DNA from: a virus
Taxonomy: Duplodnaviria > Heunggongvirae > Uroviricota > Caudoviricetes
Virus record (IMG/VR): IMGVR_UViG_3300048930_000283
Reading direction: 5' to 3' (one strand)
Length of the DNA: 42,873 nt
Shown here: piece after piece, positions 22,038 through 32,420 of the stretch
Numbering within the stretch: position 1 is the stretch's first letter
Layout of the letters: the number at the start of each line of letters is the position of its first letter
Notes under the pieces: model-generated
Databases searched by the model: none
The model's input: the letters and a program-made list of their open reading frames with translations, nothing else
What the model was told of the DNA's origin: nothing
Translations under genes and position numbers: made by a program

Positions 22038-22684
22038 TTTACCTTCTTCATGAGATTTGATAGATTGTTATATGCTATCATAACTTTTTTATCATATCCA
22101 TTTGGAGACTCGTTTGAACCATTGTAACATAGTAACGCAGAATCCTGTTTTTTGAACCTATTCAAACAGTCCTTGTATATCCATGCCCCCAAAAATATAT
22201 TGGTGTTAGTGTCAAACAACTCAGGATTACCAAATCGTTTTCTAGCTTCTAGTATCTTTTCCAAGTGCCATCTAGGGACAACTTGCATTAACCCCATTGC
22301 CCCAGCATTAGATATTGCGTGGCGATAGAATGTGGATTCTACCGTCATAATAGCAAATAACATTTTTTCATCAACACCAAATTCAGACGCCCATTTTTTT
22401 GTGGTTTCGACAATCTCAACCACATTGGGCCCAGTCAAGTCAGATGTGTGAGATAGAATATAATCTCGGTAAATCACATCCTTAACTGGTGGGGAATACT
22501 TGGATGAGACATATTCCAAATTACTTTGAATATGACTTCTAACTATTTCATTTGGATAGAAAGTTGCTGATAGAAACAGGATCGAAAAAAGAATCTTTAC
22601 TCGCTTGATCCAAGGACTTTTTCTAACAAACCATCCACTTTTGTCTAGGTAATAATCACCCAAACTTAGAATTTTGGTAGTCAC
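22034..22684 (-). CDS. lytic transglycosylase (SLT)
   Basis: VES..AISNAGAMGLMQV..ALLCYNG. Confidence 0.9.
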   Translation of the reverse strand: MTTKILSLGDYYLDKSGWFVRKSPWIKRVKILFSILFLSATFYPNEIVRSHIQSNLEYVSSKYSPPVKDVIYRDYILSHTSDLTGPNVVEIVETTKKWASEFGVDEKMLFAIMTVESTFYRHAISNAGAMGLMQVVPRWHLEKILEARKRFGNPELFDTNTNIFLGAWIYKDCLNRFKKQDSALLCYNGSNESPNGYDKKVMIAYNNLSNLMKKVK

Positions 22685-22723
22685 AATAGGCTCCTTTTGA
22701 GTTGTGATTATTATTTATCACTC

Positions 22724-22993
22724 CTATTTCATAATTGTTTCGTAAAGAGATTCAAATTCCTCAACTTCTTTGATTTCTTTATCGAATGATGCCTTATTAT
22801 AGACACGAACCATTCGATTGAAGAATTTCTTAGGGATGTTTAGTTCTTCTTGCATGACCTCGGCAATGGCCTTCATTTCATCCCGCTCAGATTGCATCCT
22901 GATCAAGCAATCGTTACTTTCTTTAACAGCAGCCTTAACTCGCTCAATATCTTTAGGATTTGTTGGTAGAATTACTGTAGTTGGTTGAGTCAT
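22724..22993 (-). CDS. T4 DsbA-like dsDNA-binding protein
   Basis: IPKKFFNRMVRVY..FESLYE pattern and size. Confidence 0.7.
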   Translation of the reverse strand: MTQPTTVILPTNPKDIERVKAAVKESNDCLIRMQSERDEMKAIAEVMQEELNIPKKFFNRMVRVYNKASFDKEIKEVEEFESLYETIMK

Positions 22994-23157
22994 ATTTGTT
23001 CCTTATGCAGTTAATGAGTGAATAATAGGTTTAATGAGTTCCCATAATTTAGGTAAACCCCAAACAGTAAGGGAACCAAGTAAAAAGAAAACCACCCCAA
23101 CCAAAATAATCAGCAGGGTTATTTGTCTTCCAATTTCTGCTCCGAAACCTGGGCCCA

Positions 23158-23367
23158 TCATTTCTTCGCTTTCGGCTTCAATGAATTTTTATAGTATTGC
23201 ATGTCTAGCTTACCTGCTGCAATTTCCTTGAGAGCAATGGTTGCTGCACCAGGTGTCTTAGAGTTACCCAACTCTCGAACCCTGGTAGCAGCAATAAGAG
23301 CCAATTCATATTGATTTGGAATCTTTTTCCTTGCATCTTCAACTGAATACAATGCTTGTACTGTCAT
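23158..23367 (-). CDS. rpoZ: RNA polymerase omega subunit-like protein
   Basis: SVED..IPNQYELALIAATRVREL..IALKEIAAG matches the omega signature. Confidence 0.8.
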   Translation of the reverse strand: MTVQALYSVEDARKKIPNQYELALIAATRVRELGNSKTPGAATIALKEIAAGKLDMQYYKNSLKPKAKK

Positions 23368-23377
23368 GATTGCTTCC

Positions 23378-23656
23378 TTAGTTACAAAATGAAATTAGAG
23401 AATCAACTCGGAACGATCTCCAACCACTATTATCTAAATCCCACACGGCTATCACTCCATCACTCTTTTTACGAGAAGTTCCGGTTCCAACATACTGAGG
23501 AACTACAGAAGGATTCAGTGTGCAATTCATAATTCGCTCCTCCCCGTTAACCTTACGAAATCGAACAGTTACACTACCCCTACTCAGTGCGTCTTTTAAC
23601 TCACTAACATATTCGTCGTGTGTCATTATTCGTTCTTCCATATTACACCTCCACAA
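23378..23656 (-). CDS. WYL_2/DUF2693 Sm-like protein
   Basis: FRKVNGEERIMNCTL..VWDLD..WRSFR. Confidence 0.8.
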   Translation of the reverse strand: MWRCNMEERIMTHDEYVSELKDALSRGSVTVRFRKVNGEERIMNCTLNPSVVPQYVGTGTSRKKSDGVIAVWDLDNSGWRSFRVDSLISFCN

Positions 23657-24371
23657 TTAGATCTTTGTTGAATGCATTTCCTTCATGAAAATATCCACGA
23701 GGGTTGCACACGATTTGGCAATCACCAATTTTGTAATCAAATGCGTCGTGGGTATGACCATGAATCCAAAGTTTGAACTCCTGTTCCATGCCATATGGCA
23801 ACTTAGTTGCAAATCCCGCAGTCACAGGGTCGGTCTTGAATCGATTTGCAATCGACCACTCAGCACAATGGTGAGTGACCAAAACATAAGTCTTCTTCGG
23901 ATCCTTGTTTTTGATCACTTTTTCAAGGAAGCGAATTGCGACCTTGTTATATGCAATTTGAGCATCTATGGTAAATCGGTGACCCTTGCGTTGAATCCAA
24001 ACATAGTCATTCAGTGCTCGACGAGTCATCTCTGCATGTAATGGTTGATTGCCAAAGATATTGAAGTCAGTCCAAAGCACAGTTCCGACAAATACAACAT
24101 CATCAATTTCCATCACTTGATTATTCAGAATGTTGCAATGTTTGACCTTACGAAATTCAGCATTGAGTTTTCCAATATCCTGACCGTAGTATTCGTGGTT
24201 ACCAGGAACATAGATAACTGGAACGGTAATGTTTTGTTGTTTGATCCAACCGCAACCTTGCATTCCTTCCGCAATGTCACCTGCAAAAACAACCACATCC
24301 TCATCCAATTGTTGGAAAGGAAAATCATTTTTGTGGTGAATATGTAGATCACTTAATATACGTAATTTCAT
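23643..24371 (-). CDS. metallophosphoesterase
   Basis: SDLH, AGD, GNHEYY, THH, HGHTH, CNPRGY. Confidence 0.9.
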   Translation of the reverse strand: MKLRILSDLHIHHKNDFPFQQLDEDVVVFAGDIAEGMQGCGWIKQQNITVPVIYVPGNHEYYGQDIGKLNAEFRKVKHCNILNNQVMEIDDVVFVGTVLWTDFNIFGNQPLHAEMTRRALNDYVWIQRKGHRFTIDAQIAYNKVAIRFLEKVIKNKDPKKTYVLVTHHCAEWSIANRFKTDPVTAGFATKLPYGMEQEFKLWIHGHTHDAFDYKIGDCQIVCNPRGYFHEGNAFNKDLIVEV

Positions 24372-24414
24372 ACTTTTATTATAGTAAAATGAAAAATATC
24401 TGTCAATTACTCTA

Positions 24415-24705
24415 CTATTTTACCTTATTAGACAATAACTTAACTATAAGTTCTTTTTCCAATTCATCTTTGAAATAAGGAAAAACACTAAATAGTAGGA
24501 AACTATCAACTTCCTTGTAGTATGTTTTCTTAAAATTCTCTACAACAACTAAACTTTTATCAGTGTGTTTTTTGAACGATAACTTCTTACCTCTACGACC
24601 CCAAGCACAATAATAAGAATGACCAACCTCAAAGGAAACCCAAACTTTATCGTGGGAGTTATCCTTACACCATCCGATAAATCTAAAGTTAATCTCGTCG
24701 CTCAT
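24415..24705 (-). CDS. WGR-like hypothetical protein
   Basis: SHDKVW..WGRRG. Confidence 0.6.
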   Translation of the reverse strand: MSDEINFRFIGWCKDNSHDKVWVSFEVGHSYYCAWGRRGKKLSFKKHTDKSLVVVENFKKTYYKEVDSFLLFSVFPYFKDELEKELIVKLLSNKVK

Positions 24706-24837
24706 AAACCATGCCGCCTAAGTTCATTCTTTAGTTTTCTGGCATTCTCAACTGTATCTAATTCAATTGTTACTTCAGTTCCTTCGTTAACTGCATCCGT
24801 AAAGGTGATGCTTTCGTTGATTAACCTTTCAGAAAAC

Positions 24838-25149
24838 TTATTTTCTGTCACCATAACCATTCTTTAGAACAAAGGTCATTAAATCCTTCTCCGACATTTT
24901 TATTGCGAAGCCACCCATTAAACAATCACGATCTGCGGCGTGGGTTAAACTCCATACCTCAACCGACCGATATTCAATGTTATTCTGTTTTAAACCTAAC
25001 ATAATGTTCTCAGCATACCTCATAATACTATTTAAAACATACTCGTAGTTTTCAGTGCTGTTACCTTCCAAAGTGTAAGTGTAGTTATAAAAGGTGCACT
25101 CAAATAGAACCCTATTATTGGGGGCATCAACTTTCCAATTATTACTCAT
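24838..25149 (-). CDS. hypothetical protein
   Basis: ORF coupled to neighbours. Confidence 0.55.
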   Translation of the reverse strand: MSNNWKVDAPNNRVLFECTFYNYTYTLEGNSTENYEYVLNSIMRYAENIMLGLKQNNIEYRSVEVWSLTHAADRDCLMGGFAIKMSEKDLMTFVLKNGYGDRK

Positions 25150-26359
25150 AGTTTGCAGCTAATCCATACGGTGGCACGATTCCCTTGTTATGGGGGTTGT
25201 GAATAATCCAAACAACGTCACAATAGTCCTCCTCGCCCCATCCATCATAACTTTCACCATCAGTGAAAAAGATCAATTTCTTAGGTTGGATGTCGTTTTC
25301 TTTCATGAAATTCCAGTTGGCTTGGAATGAGGTTCCACCACCACCTTTAATTTCATAGGTCATCAAATCTTCTGCGGTGTCTGTAGTAAATACCTGCATG
25401 TTATGCACTTCGGTGTCGAAACACCAAACAGTTAACTTGAAGTCATCAAATGCTTCCATGATACCTTTAATCTCAGACATGAAATCCTTAAGCATCACGT
25501 CTGAAATAGAACCGGAGTTGTCAATTGCGATTGCAATGTCAATAGATGTGCCGGGAACAAACCCCGGAAGAATAGCATCACAGTGCCACCCTTTGCGGTT
25601 CATTCGCATCCAAGAGTAATTAACCTTAGCGCAACTTTCAACCTGTTGCTGAATCAACTCACGCCAATTCATTTTGGGTTCAGTCAATTCTTTGATTATT
25701 CTTTGAACCCCAGCTGGACAATTTCCAGCCCCAACTAGTTCGGCTGCGGAAAGCATCGCCTCACGAATTTCGTCCTTAATGGATTCCAATTCTTCCTTGG
25801 AGAATTTCGGGGAACCATTTTCGTTACCTTCATCATCAGTACCAGACCCATCCAAGTGCTGATCCAATACCATTTTCATAAGATCAGACAGGTTAATGGT
25901 TTTTACGTTCTTCATCAGGTCTTCATAAACCTGCTCAAACGACCAACCACGATATTTAGTATCATGACAAATTTTTATGGTTGTGATTTTCTGACCAATA
26001 CCTTGCAGGATAAGATCATCATTGACTACGTAATCAGCCGCAATGTTGGCAATTTCTTTGTTTCTATCACCGAATCGATCCATGTGGTCATAACAGACAT
26101 GGAGCACTTCATGCCCGAACAGGAACTCGACCTCACCCTTACTCAATTTACTAATGAACTCGGTGTTGTAGTAAAATTTACGCCCATCGGTTGCTGCGGT
26201 GGGACACCAATCATCTGCATTGGTTAGTTCTAGTCTGGTTGCCATGTTACCAAAAAATGGTTGGCTCATCAGCAGGCCAATCCTAGCTACCACCAATTTC
26301 TCCCTAACCTCAGCATCAAGTTTGGGGTCAATTACCTTGGTCTGTTCTTTCGTAGTCAT
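25142..26359 (-). CDS. DUF2201 metallopeptidase plus VWA domain protein
   Basis: TAATDG, HEVLH, DNSGS, GGGGT, FTDG. Confidence 0.9.
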   Translation of the reverse strand: MTTKEQTKVIDPKLDAEVREKLVVARIGLLMSQPFFGNMATRLELTNADDWCPTAATDGRKFYYNTEFISKLSKGEVEFLFGHEVLHVCYDHMDRFGDRNKEIANIAADYVVNDDLILQGIGQKITTIKICHDTKYRGWSFEQVYEDLMKNVKTINLSDLMKMVLDQHLDGSGTDDEGNENGSPKFSKEELESIKDEIREAMLSAAELVGAGNCPAGVQRIIKELTEPKMNWRELIQQQVESCAKVNYSWMRMNRKGWHCDAILPGFVPGTSIDIAIAIDNSGSISDVMLKDFMSEIKGIMEAFDDFKLTVWCFDTEVHNMQVFTTDTAEDLMTYEIKGGGGTSFQANWNFMKENDIQPKKLIFFTDGESYDGWGEEDYCDVVWIIHNPHNKGIVPPYGLAANYE

Positions 26360-26525
26360 GATCGTATTTCAACTTCCAATATATGATTGCTTTATCCAAT
26401 AAATCTTGAAGTATTGGGTCATGTAGGGCTGCTGTTCTAATCATCTTCCATTGTTGTTCCTCCATCCGCCGTCTTTGTTGAATTGGATAAATTGGCGAGA
26501 TGGGAGGAACAACTGGTTTGACCAT
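26328..26525 (-). CDS. hypothetical protein
   Basis: ATG overlaps the upstream stop. Confidence 0.45.
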   Translation of the reverse strand: MVKPVVPPISPIYPIQQRRRMEEQQWKMIRTAALHDPILQDLLDKAIIYWKLKYDHDYERTDQGN

Positions 26526-27625
26526 TAGCTAGCTTTCATAATCAGTTTGCCAAACTTAGTGTAAAACTCGTCAAACTTGACGATCTTTTTCGGATCCAAG
26601 GGCAACTTATACACTTGCAGAGCCATCCTCATAGCCATGACAACAACTTCAGTTTGGAAATTATCCATAATGAAGGACAGGAAGTTGTTGGTTCCTTCAT
26701 GGAACACTTTTTCATTTTTGGTTCGACCAACCTTTTCCCATGTATCCTTCATTTCATAACAGCAGCTAACCGCCAAACTGTATTGAGCCGAAACTTCCTT
26801 GACTTTAAGTTCGGTTTCGGTACCATCAAGGATAGCAGAGGGCTTCGGCATTCTCGCCGCAACCTTACGGTGTGCCAGGAATTTAAGAGCGAGCCCCTCG
26901 CCAATGGTTCCGGAGATCAGGTCAGTCATAGTAACTTCATCAATCGTATCCTCAAGCAATTGACTGACGAATTCCCAAGAACGAGGTGTAGCAAACGCTC
27001 GTTCATTGCTCTGGGGTTTGAAGTCATACAGCGAATCCTTGCTGAATGAAATAAAACCAACCACATCTCGATGCAATTTCCGATTCACTGCCCATTCTTC
27101 CCAGGAATCGAAATCCACTTTCAGTTCAAAGTGAACGAAACGGTTGGCCAACGGTGTTGGCATTCTGAATGTAACACCTTTATCACCGTCACGGTTACCT
27201 GCAGCGACAATGACTACGTTGTCGGGTAGTTTGTATGTACCAATTCGACGATTGAGGGCAATCTGATAACACGCAGCCTGAACTGCAGGACCTGCACTGT
27301 TCATTTCATCGAAGAACAAGAACACAATCGGATACTTGGAACATAGTTCCGGATCAGGAAGATCGATGGGAGGTGCCCATTCCATTCGGCCTGTTTCTTT
27401 ATTGTAGAAAGGGATTCCACGGAGGTCGGTGGGTTCCATGAGAGACAGACGAATATCATACAGATACCCACCCATCTCATGGCAGAGCTGGGCAATGGTA
27501 TCAGATTTTCCAATTCCGGGAGGACCCCAAATAAATGCAGGTCGTTTCACTGCGACACATCGCTCGAGTGATTTTTTAAGACGGCGAGTGGAGATGGTGC
27601 GTTTAGAACTAACTTCATTGGCCAC
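26525..27625 (-). CDS. MoxR-like AAA+ ATPase
   Basis: GPPGIGKS, FFDE, AAGN, NRF, TPRSW. Confidence 0.9.
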   Translation of the reverse strand: MANEVSSKRTISTRRLKKSLERCVAVKRPAFIWGPPGIGKSDTIAQLCHEMGGYLYDIRLSLMEPTDLRGIPFYNKETGRMEWAPPIDLPDPELCSKYPIVFLFFDEMNSAGPAVQAACYQIALNRRIGTYKLPDNVVIVAAGNRDGDKGVTFRMPTPLANRFVHFELKVDFDSWEEWAVNRKLHRDVVGFISFSKDSLYDFKPQSNERAFATPRSWEFVSQLLEDTIDEVTMTDLISGTIGEGLALKFLAHRKVAARMPKPSAILDGTETELKVKEVSAQYSLAVSCCYEMKDTWEKVGRTKNEKVFHEGTNNFLSFIMDNFQTEVVVMAMRMALQVYKLPLDPKKIVKFDEFYTKFGKLIMKAS

Positions 27626-27685
27626 AATAGAATCCTTTCATAATTTAAATTAAACCACAATCCAATTATAATTCAACTACTATTT

Positions 27686-28087
27686 TTATGCAACAATTAA
27701 TGCATTATCGTTATCCATCAAGTGTTTATACACATCCCAAATATTTTCTTTAAAGTATTCATAATTGGTATTACCCATCAAGTCAATACCAAATTTGGAA
27801 TCTACAGTACCAACCGTCAATCCTCGCATTCTATAAAAATAAGTATAACTATCAGTATAATTATTTTCATCAACAATATTGTGTTGAATCGACTCTTTAA
27901 AAAGGAAATCCAATTCGACATTGTGGATATTGAGATTGCAGTATAGGTTTGCTAAAATTGCCAATGTCATGTTTCTAGTTAAATGCACCCCATTTAGGCA
28001 ACAATAGTAGTTGCTACCTAACTTATAAAGAACTGGTTTTGGATCTATTTTAGACCAAGACTCAATCGAATGAATATCAGTATTCAT
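27686..28087 (-). CDS. hypothetical protein
   Basis: ORF. Confidence 0.55.
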   Translation of the reverse strand: MNTDIHSIESWSKIDPKPVLYKLGSNYYCCLNGVHLTRNMTLAILANLYCNLNIHNVELDFLFKESIQHNIVDENNYTDSYTYFYRMRGLTVGTVDSKFGIDLMGNTNYEYFKENIWDVYKHLMDNDNALIVA

Positions 28088-28643
28088 TATCAGACAAAAT
28101 CGAAAAGTTTATATCTTCTCTATGTGCATCCAATAACTCTGTGGTTTCTTTATCTGGGTTGTATCCACGAAATTGGTACTTCAATAATCTGCTGAATGCG
28201 GTCTTATGATTTTGTAATGACGTCATATGAAGTTGTTTTTTCTCATTATGGTCGATTGCGTCTTTAGTGCATACAATAATATTATCACCCAACAAAAACT
28301 GACAGACAGATATATCAAAGTCATCAATCACGTCATATGCTTTATCATAATAACGTTTAACTATTACCTGAATTTTAGGAGACATCCCATTAGAAAATGT
28401 TAAAGCATTATCAGTACTAAAGGTCATAGAATACATACTGGACTTTAAAACGTTTATCAAACCCATAGCCTGATCTTTTGAATTAACAAAGACATCTATA
28501 TCTGTATCAACGAATTCATTATTAAACCACCTTAATATGCTACCACCAGCAATCCATGGACCGTATTTTAACGTAGGCTGAATCAGCTTTTTATAAACAT
28601 CAGCCTGTGCAGAAAGATTTTTCTGCAAATGTATATACTTCAT
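28077..28643 (-). CDS. Pol-beta-superfamily nucleotidyltransferase (PolyA-pol/CCA head-like)
   Basis: IAGGS..DIDVF..FDISVC..RLLKY..RGY. Confidence 0.75.
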   Translation of the reverse strand: MKYIHLQKNLSAQADVYKKLIQPTLKYGPWIAGGSILRWFNNEFVDTDIDVFVNSKDQAMGLINVLKSSMYSMTFSTDNALTFSNGMSPKIQVIVKRYYDKAYDVIDDFDISVCQFLLGDNIIVCTKDAIDHNEKKQLHMTSLQNHKTAFSRLLKYQFRGYNPDKETTELLDAHREDINFSILSDNEY

Positions 28644-28981
28644 TTGTTTGTGATTAATTCGAGTGAGATGATATTTGCTATTTCATTTTTTATATCTGCA
28701 GAATCATTTGGTATAATATGCAATTTTACGTTTTTTCTATCACCGTTAGAGTCATATCCACTAACCCTGATTACAACCCCATTATTAGCGTAATAAAAAG
28801 TACATTCCATACATGGAACACCAGCATGAAAACTCCCAACCTCTAAAGCCGCATTAGTATTTTTATGTGACCTTTTTGCTGTATTATACGGCCACCGTGA
28901 CCCTGGTGCTGGTATACTTGCTAGTTCATTTAGGTTGTCTAATTGTTCCTGAACCCACATCCAAAATCTAAGAAATCTCAT
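28640..28981 (-). CDS. hypothetical protein
   Basis: ORF coupled to neighbours. Confidence 0.55.
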   Translation of the reverse strand: MRFLRFWMWVQEQLDNLNELASIPAPGSRWPYNTAKRSHKNTNAALEVGSFHAGVPCMECTFYYANNGVVIRVSGYDSNGDRKNVKLHIIPNDSADIKNEIANIISLELITNK

Positions 28982-29259
28982 TTGCTTAACCTTTCTATCA
29001 AAATTTGTTTTTGTGCTAAATCTATAGCATCTATCAACTCATGGATTAACAGTAATTGTTCCATCGATGGTTCCGCAAACTGTCCCCTATATCTCCTATA
29101 GGCTTCAATTCGTCCTAACTTTCTATTCATGGATACAATATTACCGATAAACTTCCATAGATCAGATTTAACGGTTTTCGGACGATGTACCATCAATTCG
29201 GTTATATCTTTCTCAAACTCAATTGCAGTTTTCACCATTATATAATAAGTGTAAACCAA
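28978..29259 (-). CDS. hypothetical protein
   Basis: ORF. Confidence 0.5.
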   Translation of the reverse strand: MVYTYYIMVKTAIEFEKDITELMVHRPKTVKSDLWKFIGNIVSMNRKLGRIEAYRRYRGQFAEPSMEQLLLIHELIDAIDLAQKQILIERLSK

Positions 29260-29295
29260 TAAATAATCAATGTCAAACCTATACAGAATAAAAGT

Positions 29296-29763
29296 ATGAA
29301 AAATCAGTGGATTTACAAAGGAAAACCCCTAGACGACACTAAAATACCAGAGAATGCAATAGGTTTCTTATATATGATCTCAGATACAAGTACCTCTAAA
29401 TCATACATAGGTAAAAAACTGTTGACCAAGGCAGCAACCAAAGTAGTTAATGGCAAAAAGAAAAAAATAAGAAAACCATCTGATTGGCAAGACTATTGGT
29501 CATCTAGTCCCACAATACTGGAAATGATAGAGAAAGATGGTTGTGATTCACTAAAACGAGAGATCCTATTGTTTTGCAATACCAAGTCTGCTCTAAACTA
29601 TGCCGAAGAAAAGGCACAGTTCATTTTTGGTGTACTAGAGTCTGACCATTGGATCAATAGTAATATACGATCAAAAATCTTCAAAAAACACTTTCAAAAC
29701 CAACAAGAGTTTATTAAAGAATTAAACTCAACTCTTAGTTTACTCATTGGATTCCCAATCTAA
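29296..29763 (+). CDS. T4 endonuclease II (DenA)-like GIY-YIG nuclease
   Basis: GFLY..SYIGKK..SDWQDYWSSS..REIL..E..N.NI. Confidence 0.8.
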   Translation: MKNQWIYKGKPLDDTKIPENAIGFLYMISDTSTSKSYIGKKLLTKAATKVVNGKKKKIRKPSDWQDYWSSSPTILEMIEKDGCDSLKREILLFCNTKSALNYAEEKAQFIFGVLESDHWINSNIRSKIFKKHFQNQQEFIKELNSTLSLLIGFPI

Positions 29764-29877
29764 ATCCTCATCTGCGGTTTCTAGTGATTCTGCACACAAA
29801 GGACAAAATAATACTGGTTCATCACTTATGACAGTAAATTCGTTTTCACACGAGTAACAGTAGAATTTCTTTCTCAT
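29740..29877 (-). CDS. 45-aa zinc-ribbon protein (below the ORF-track cutoff)
   Basis: MRKKFYCYSC..FCPLC..; ATGA overlap with the nrdJ stop. Confidence 0.65.
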   Translation of the reverse strand: MRKKFYCYSCENEFTVISDEPVLFCPLCAESLETADEDLDWESNE

Positions 29878-31766
29878 ATCAGCTCGCAAACGCCAGAGGA
29901 GCAGGCTAATTGTTGAGCACCAATAGTGTTGTCCTCGTGCTCATTGATATTAAACAACGACCAATCAATCGTTGGCATTTTATTTCGCAACTCTAAATAT
30001 TTCTCCTCGGATATCGGTTGATATGGGGCCTGCTGATATATGTGAGTTGAATGTGGTAAGAAACTAACACCATTAAGAATGTCGAAGTTATCGTATACCC
30101 AAGCACCAACAGTCATCCACTCAGGCTCATTAACATATATGGTTATGGAGATATTATGGTCTGCCCAATATTCGTTATAAATTTTGTATATTTCTAACTG
30201 TCCAAGAGCGTTAATATCATCGGTGGTAACACAATGATCTGGTGATTTTATTGGGAAACTGAAAACCCAATTTTGCGGATTCATAACATCCAATTCATGC
30301 GGAACTCCCTGGGAAACTAGAAAATCACTTAATGGATCTTTCCTATCATTCCTAACAGTTCGAATATAATACTTAGCATATCTAGGGTGAATTCCGCTGG
30401 ATGAATCCACTAATTGCGAAACAGTGCCAGATGGTTTCACTGTCGTCAGTGCAGTTGATTCGTTTATGCCCAGCATTGATGCCCACTTTTTATTTGTCTC
30501 ATGCACAGTGTTTCTCATTTCAGCCAGCCAACTTTGCAGTTTCTCGGCACCTAGCTGACCAGACAAGACCTCATGATCCATAATGCCAGTTAATGAAACA
30601 CCCAATAGGCGTTCTTCTTCACAATTCTTTTTCCATGCAGATCTCAAATATCTGAAATTAACCAATGTTGATTGCATAGTACCTATAATTGTTGCCACTT
30701 CTAACTTTTTCTTCAATGTGGCTAATGTATCTCCATCTCTAACAACCACCTCAGACAAGTTACAAAATTGCATTGATCTTAGGGAAATTTCGGCACATGG
30801 ATTGGTCAGAAAATCTATGTTTTCCCACTTACGGATACCCAATTTTTTGGCCTTGCGTTGAGCTGCCATTCGATTGAAAATACCTCGTTCACCAGATTTA
30901 GACTCATACAGTGACAACCATTCCTTCATGAAAATACCAATTTCGGGTTTCTCAGTATATGCAACAGAGTTATTAGCCAACGATCTATGAGAATATTCAA
31001 TCCACCACTGACCAGATTTTGCGACACGCATTCTATCGTCTGATAGATTGGATAATGAGATCATCGCACTTCGACGAACACCACCAACAACCACAATTTC
31101 ACCAATTTTGCACATTAAATCGTGGCATTCAATGGAGGATAATCTCCTACCTCTAGCATTTTTAAATAACCGTACAGTGAAGTCAAAAAGATCGTTTAAT
31201 GGTGCTGGACCGGAACTTCTACCACCGAATGTCTTTAATGGTGCACCCGCAGGACGTAATGATGTTAAATCCCATTTTGGAACCTGACCTGCATAAAGTA
31301 GTGATATTAACTCTCTAAAGGAAGACGCCCATCCAATTTTAGAATCTCTAACCTTTATGACAGTTTCGGTTTCATAAAACTCTTCTGCAATTTCTGGCAT
31401 CTTCGAAACAAACTGACGTTCTACCGAAAACCCGACACCACATCCACACATACTAACGTACATTGCTTCGTCAAAAGCTCTAGGATCATCCACCGCAATT
31501 GCAGAACAGTTATACCCAGCAACATTGTCCCTATCTAATGCCTTACCTGCAGTCATTAATGCCCTCATTGATGGCATCACTTCTAAACCGTATATTGCCT
31601 TTTTGATATCCTCTGTTGGGAACTTATCTGGGTATTTTTGCTCCCAATAATTACAAAACCTAGTTACTGTTTCATCCCATGTTTCTCTACGCTGCTCCTC
31701 TGGTAAATATCTTGAGTATCTACTAATAGCAATGTAATGCGAGTAGTCTGTCATTTTGTTTTTCAT
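29874..31766 (-). CDS. nrdJ: class II (B12-dependent) ribonucleotide reductase
   Basis: RETW, YNC, GGVRRSA, TNPCAE, KPSGT, C-terminal CSSGVC. Confidence 0.95.
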   Translation of the reverse strand: MKNKMTDYSHYIAISRYSRYLPEEQRRETWDETVTRFCNYWEQKYPDKFPTEDIKKAIYGLEVMPSMRALMTAGKALDRDNVAGYNCSAIAVDDPRAFDEAMYVSMCGCGVGFSVERQFVSKMPEIAEEFYETETVIKVRDSKIGWASSFRELISLLYAGQVPKWDLTSLRPAGAPLKTFGGRSSGPAPLNDLFDFTVRLFKNARGRRLSSIECHDLMCKIGEIVVVGGVRRSAMISLSNLSDDRMRVAKSGQWWIEYSHRSLANNSVAYTEKPEIGIFMKEWLSLYESKSGERGIFNRMAAQRKAKKLGIRKWENIDFLTNPCAEISLRSMQFCNLSEVVVRDGDTLATLKKKLEVATIIGTMQSTLVNFRYLRSAWKKNCEEERLLGVSLTGIMDHEVLSGQLGAEKLQSWLAEMRNTVHETNKKWASMLGINESTALTTVKPSGTVSQLVDSSSGIHPRYAKYYIRTVRNDRKDPLSDFLVSQGVPHELDVMNPQNWVFSFPIKSPDHCVTTDDINALGQLEIYKIYNEYWADHNISITIYVNEPEWMTVGAWVYDNFDILNGVSFLPHSTHIYQQAPYQPISEEKYLELRNKMPTIDWSLFNINEHEDNTIGAQQLACSSGVCELI

Positions 31767-31768
31767 TT

Positions 31769-32236
31769 TTATACTCCAGTACTACCAAATCCATTGGATC
31801 CCCGTTGGGTATCTACAGAGAATTTATCAACGATCTTAAAATTAGCTGTTATAATTGGTACGATTACTAACTGAGCTATTCTGTCACCATGTTTAACAGT
31901 TCGTGTTACACTATGGTTGGGGTTGTTTCTATTCCAAAGTGAGACAAAAATTTCACCGTGATAGTCTTGATCTATAACACCAGTAGAATTGCCCAAAACA
32001 ACACCATCTTTGTGACCTAACCCAGACCTAGGAAAAATCAATCCAACACACGCCTCAGTTATTGACATCATATTTATACTGATTCCAGTTGGAATCAAGA
32101 CGGATTTATCACCAGAATGAATGGTTATACTCTCATCCAAGCACGCATATAGATCTAAACCAGCTGAACAATCGCTACCATAGGTGGGTATTGTGGCGTT
32201 TTCACGTAATCTAATTATCTCAACTTCACGAATCAT
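31769..32236 (-). CDS. dut: dUTPase
   Basis: AGLDL, PRSG, GVIDQDYHG, RIAQL, RGSNGFGSTG. Confidence 0.97.
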   Translation of the reverse strand: MIREVEIIRLRENATIPTYGSDCSAGLDLYACLDESITIHSGDKSVLIPTGISINMMSITEACVGLIFPRSGLGHKDGVVLGNSTGVIDQDYHGEIFVSLWNRNNPNHSVTRTVKHGDRIAQLVIVPIITANFKIVDKFSVDTQRGSNGFGSTGV

Positions 32237-32240
32237 ATTT

Positions 32241-32420
32241 TTATTTTCCTTTATAATCGTTTTTGTAAAATCCTGGTCCTTTCAATTCAAACGAACCAGG
32301 AACACTGGGAACCTTAGTCATAACAAAACCACACTCACATCTAGGGTGTGACTCATTTATCTTGCATAACTTCTCAATTTCTTTTTTGCAGTTAATGCAC
32401 TTAAAAGTATATATTGGCAT
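32241..32420 (-). CDS. FmdB-family zinc ribbon protein
   Basis: MPIYTFKC..C; FELKGPGFYKNDY. Confidence 0.85.
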   Translation of the reverse strand: MPIYTFKCINCKKEIEKLCKINESHPRCECGFVMTKVPSVPGSFELKGPGFYKNDYKGK

